Shown here: in pieces, positions 63,958 through 64,000 of the stretch | Numbering within the stretch: the first letter of the stretch is position 1 | How the letters are laid out: each line of letters begins with the position of its first letter | IMG/VR virus record: IMGVR_UViG_3300032174_000002 | Span: 1-64,000 of that record | Reading direction: 5' to 3' (one strand) | Source of the DNA: a virus | DNA length: 64,000 bases | Program-made: the position numbers and the translations under genes | Notes under the pieces: generated by a model | What the model was told of the DNA's origin: nothing | Databases searched by the model: none | The model's input: the letters and a program-made list of their open reading frames with translations, nothing else

Positions 63958-64000
63958 GATGGCGCCGGCGGCGGAGCTTCCTTCGGTCGCGGATCGACAA

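Noticed and set aside
1-64000. Reverse transcriptase/DGR, integrase, transposase, DNA polymerase, endolysin
   Set aside because: No diagnostic motifs recognised in the ORF track; these could lie outside the window

Overview
High-GC tailed-phage (siphovirus-like) genome segment; no host housekeeping genes are visible. It has five transcription blocks. (1) A long minus-strand block (about 32.5 kb down to 1) carries three tRNAs, a DpdA-like/QueC 7-deazaguanine pair, terminase, portal, MuF, protease, HK97-type capsid, neck and tail genes, a -1 frameshifted tail chaperone and the 5' part of the tape measure gene. (2) A plus block at 32.6-37.1 kb has a PAPS-reductase-like gene and an HTH gene. (3) A minus replication/recombination block at 49.5-37.2 kb has an SSAP, exonuclease, RNA ligase, RuvC-like resolvase, DNA MTase, an initiator with 11-bp repeats and a DnaC-like loader. 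(4) A plus block at 49.7-61.3 kb has an XRE HTH, a catalytically dead LexA peptidase domain, a HerA-like ATPase, HNH, a long ParB and a SAM MTase. (5) Convergent minus genes sit at the right end. A recalled C-terminal domain and the LexA-like sequence suggest an Acidobacteriota (Thermoanaerobaculia-like) host. No integrase, ParA or endolysin is visible in the window. The most unusual signals are a ~195-nt multi-stem RNA with two T-loop hairpins between tRNAs, a second T-arm leader RNA, a canonical chromosomal parS palindrome, five helically phased 11-bp boxes upstream of the capsid genes, a dead LexA decoy, and an antisense HNH inserted between the tape-measure RBS and start codon. All family calls come from motif recognition by eye, not database searches.
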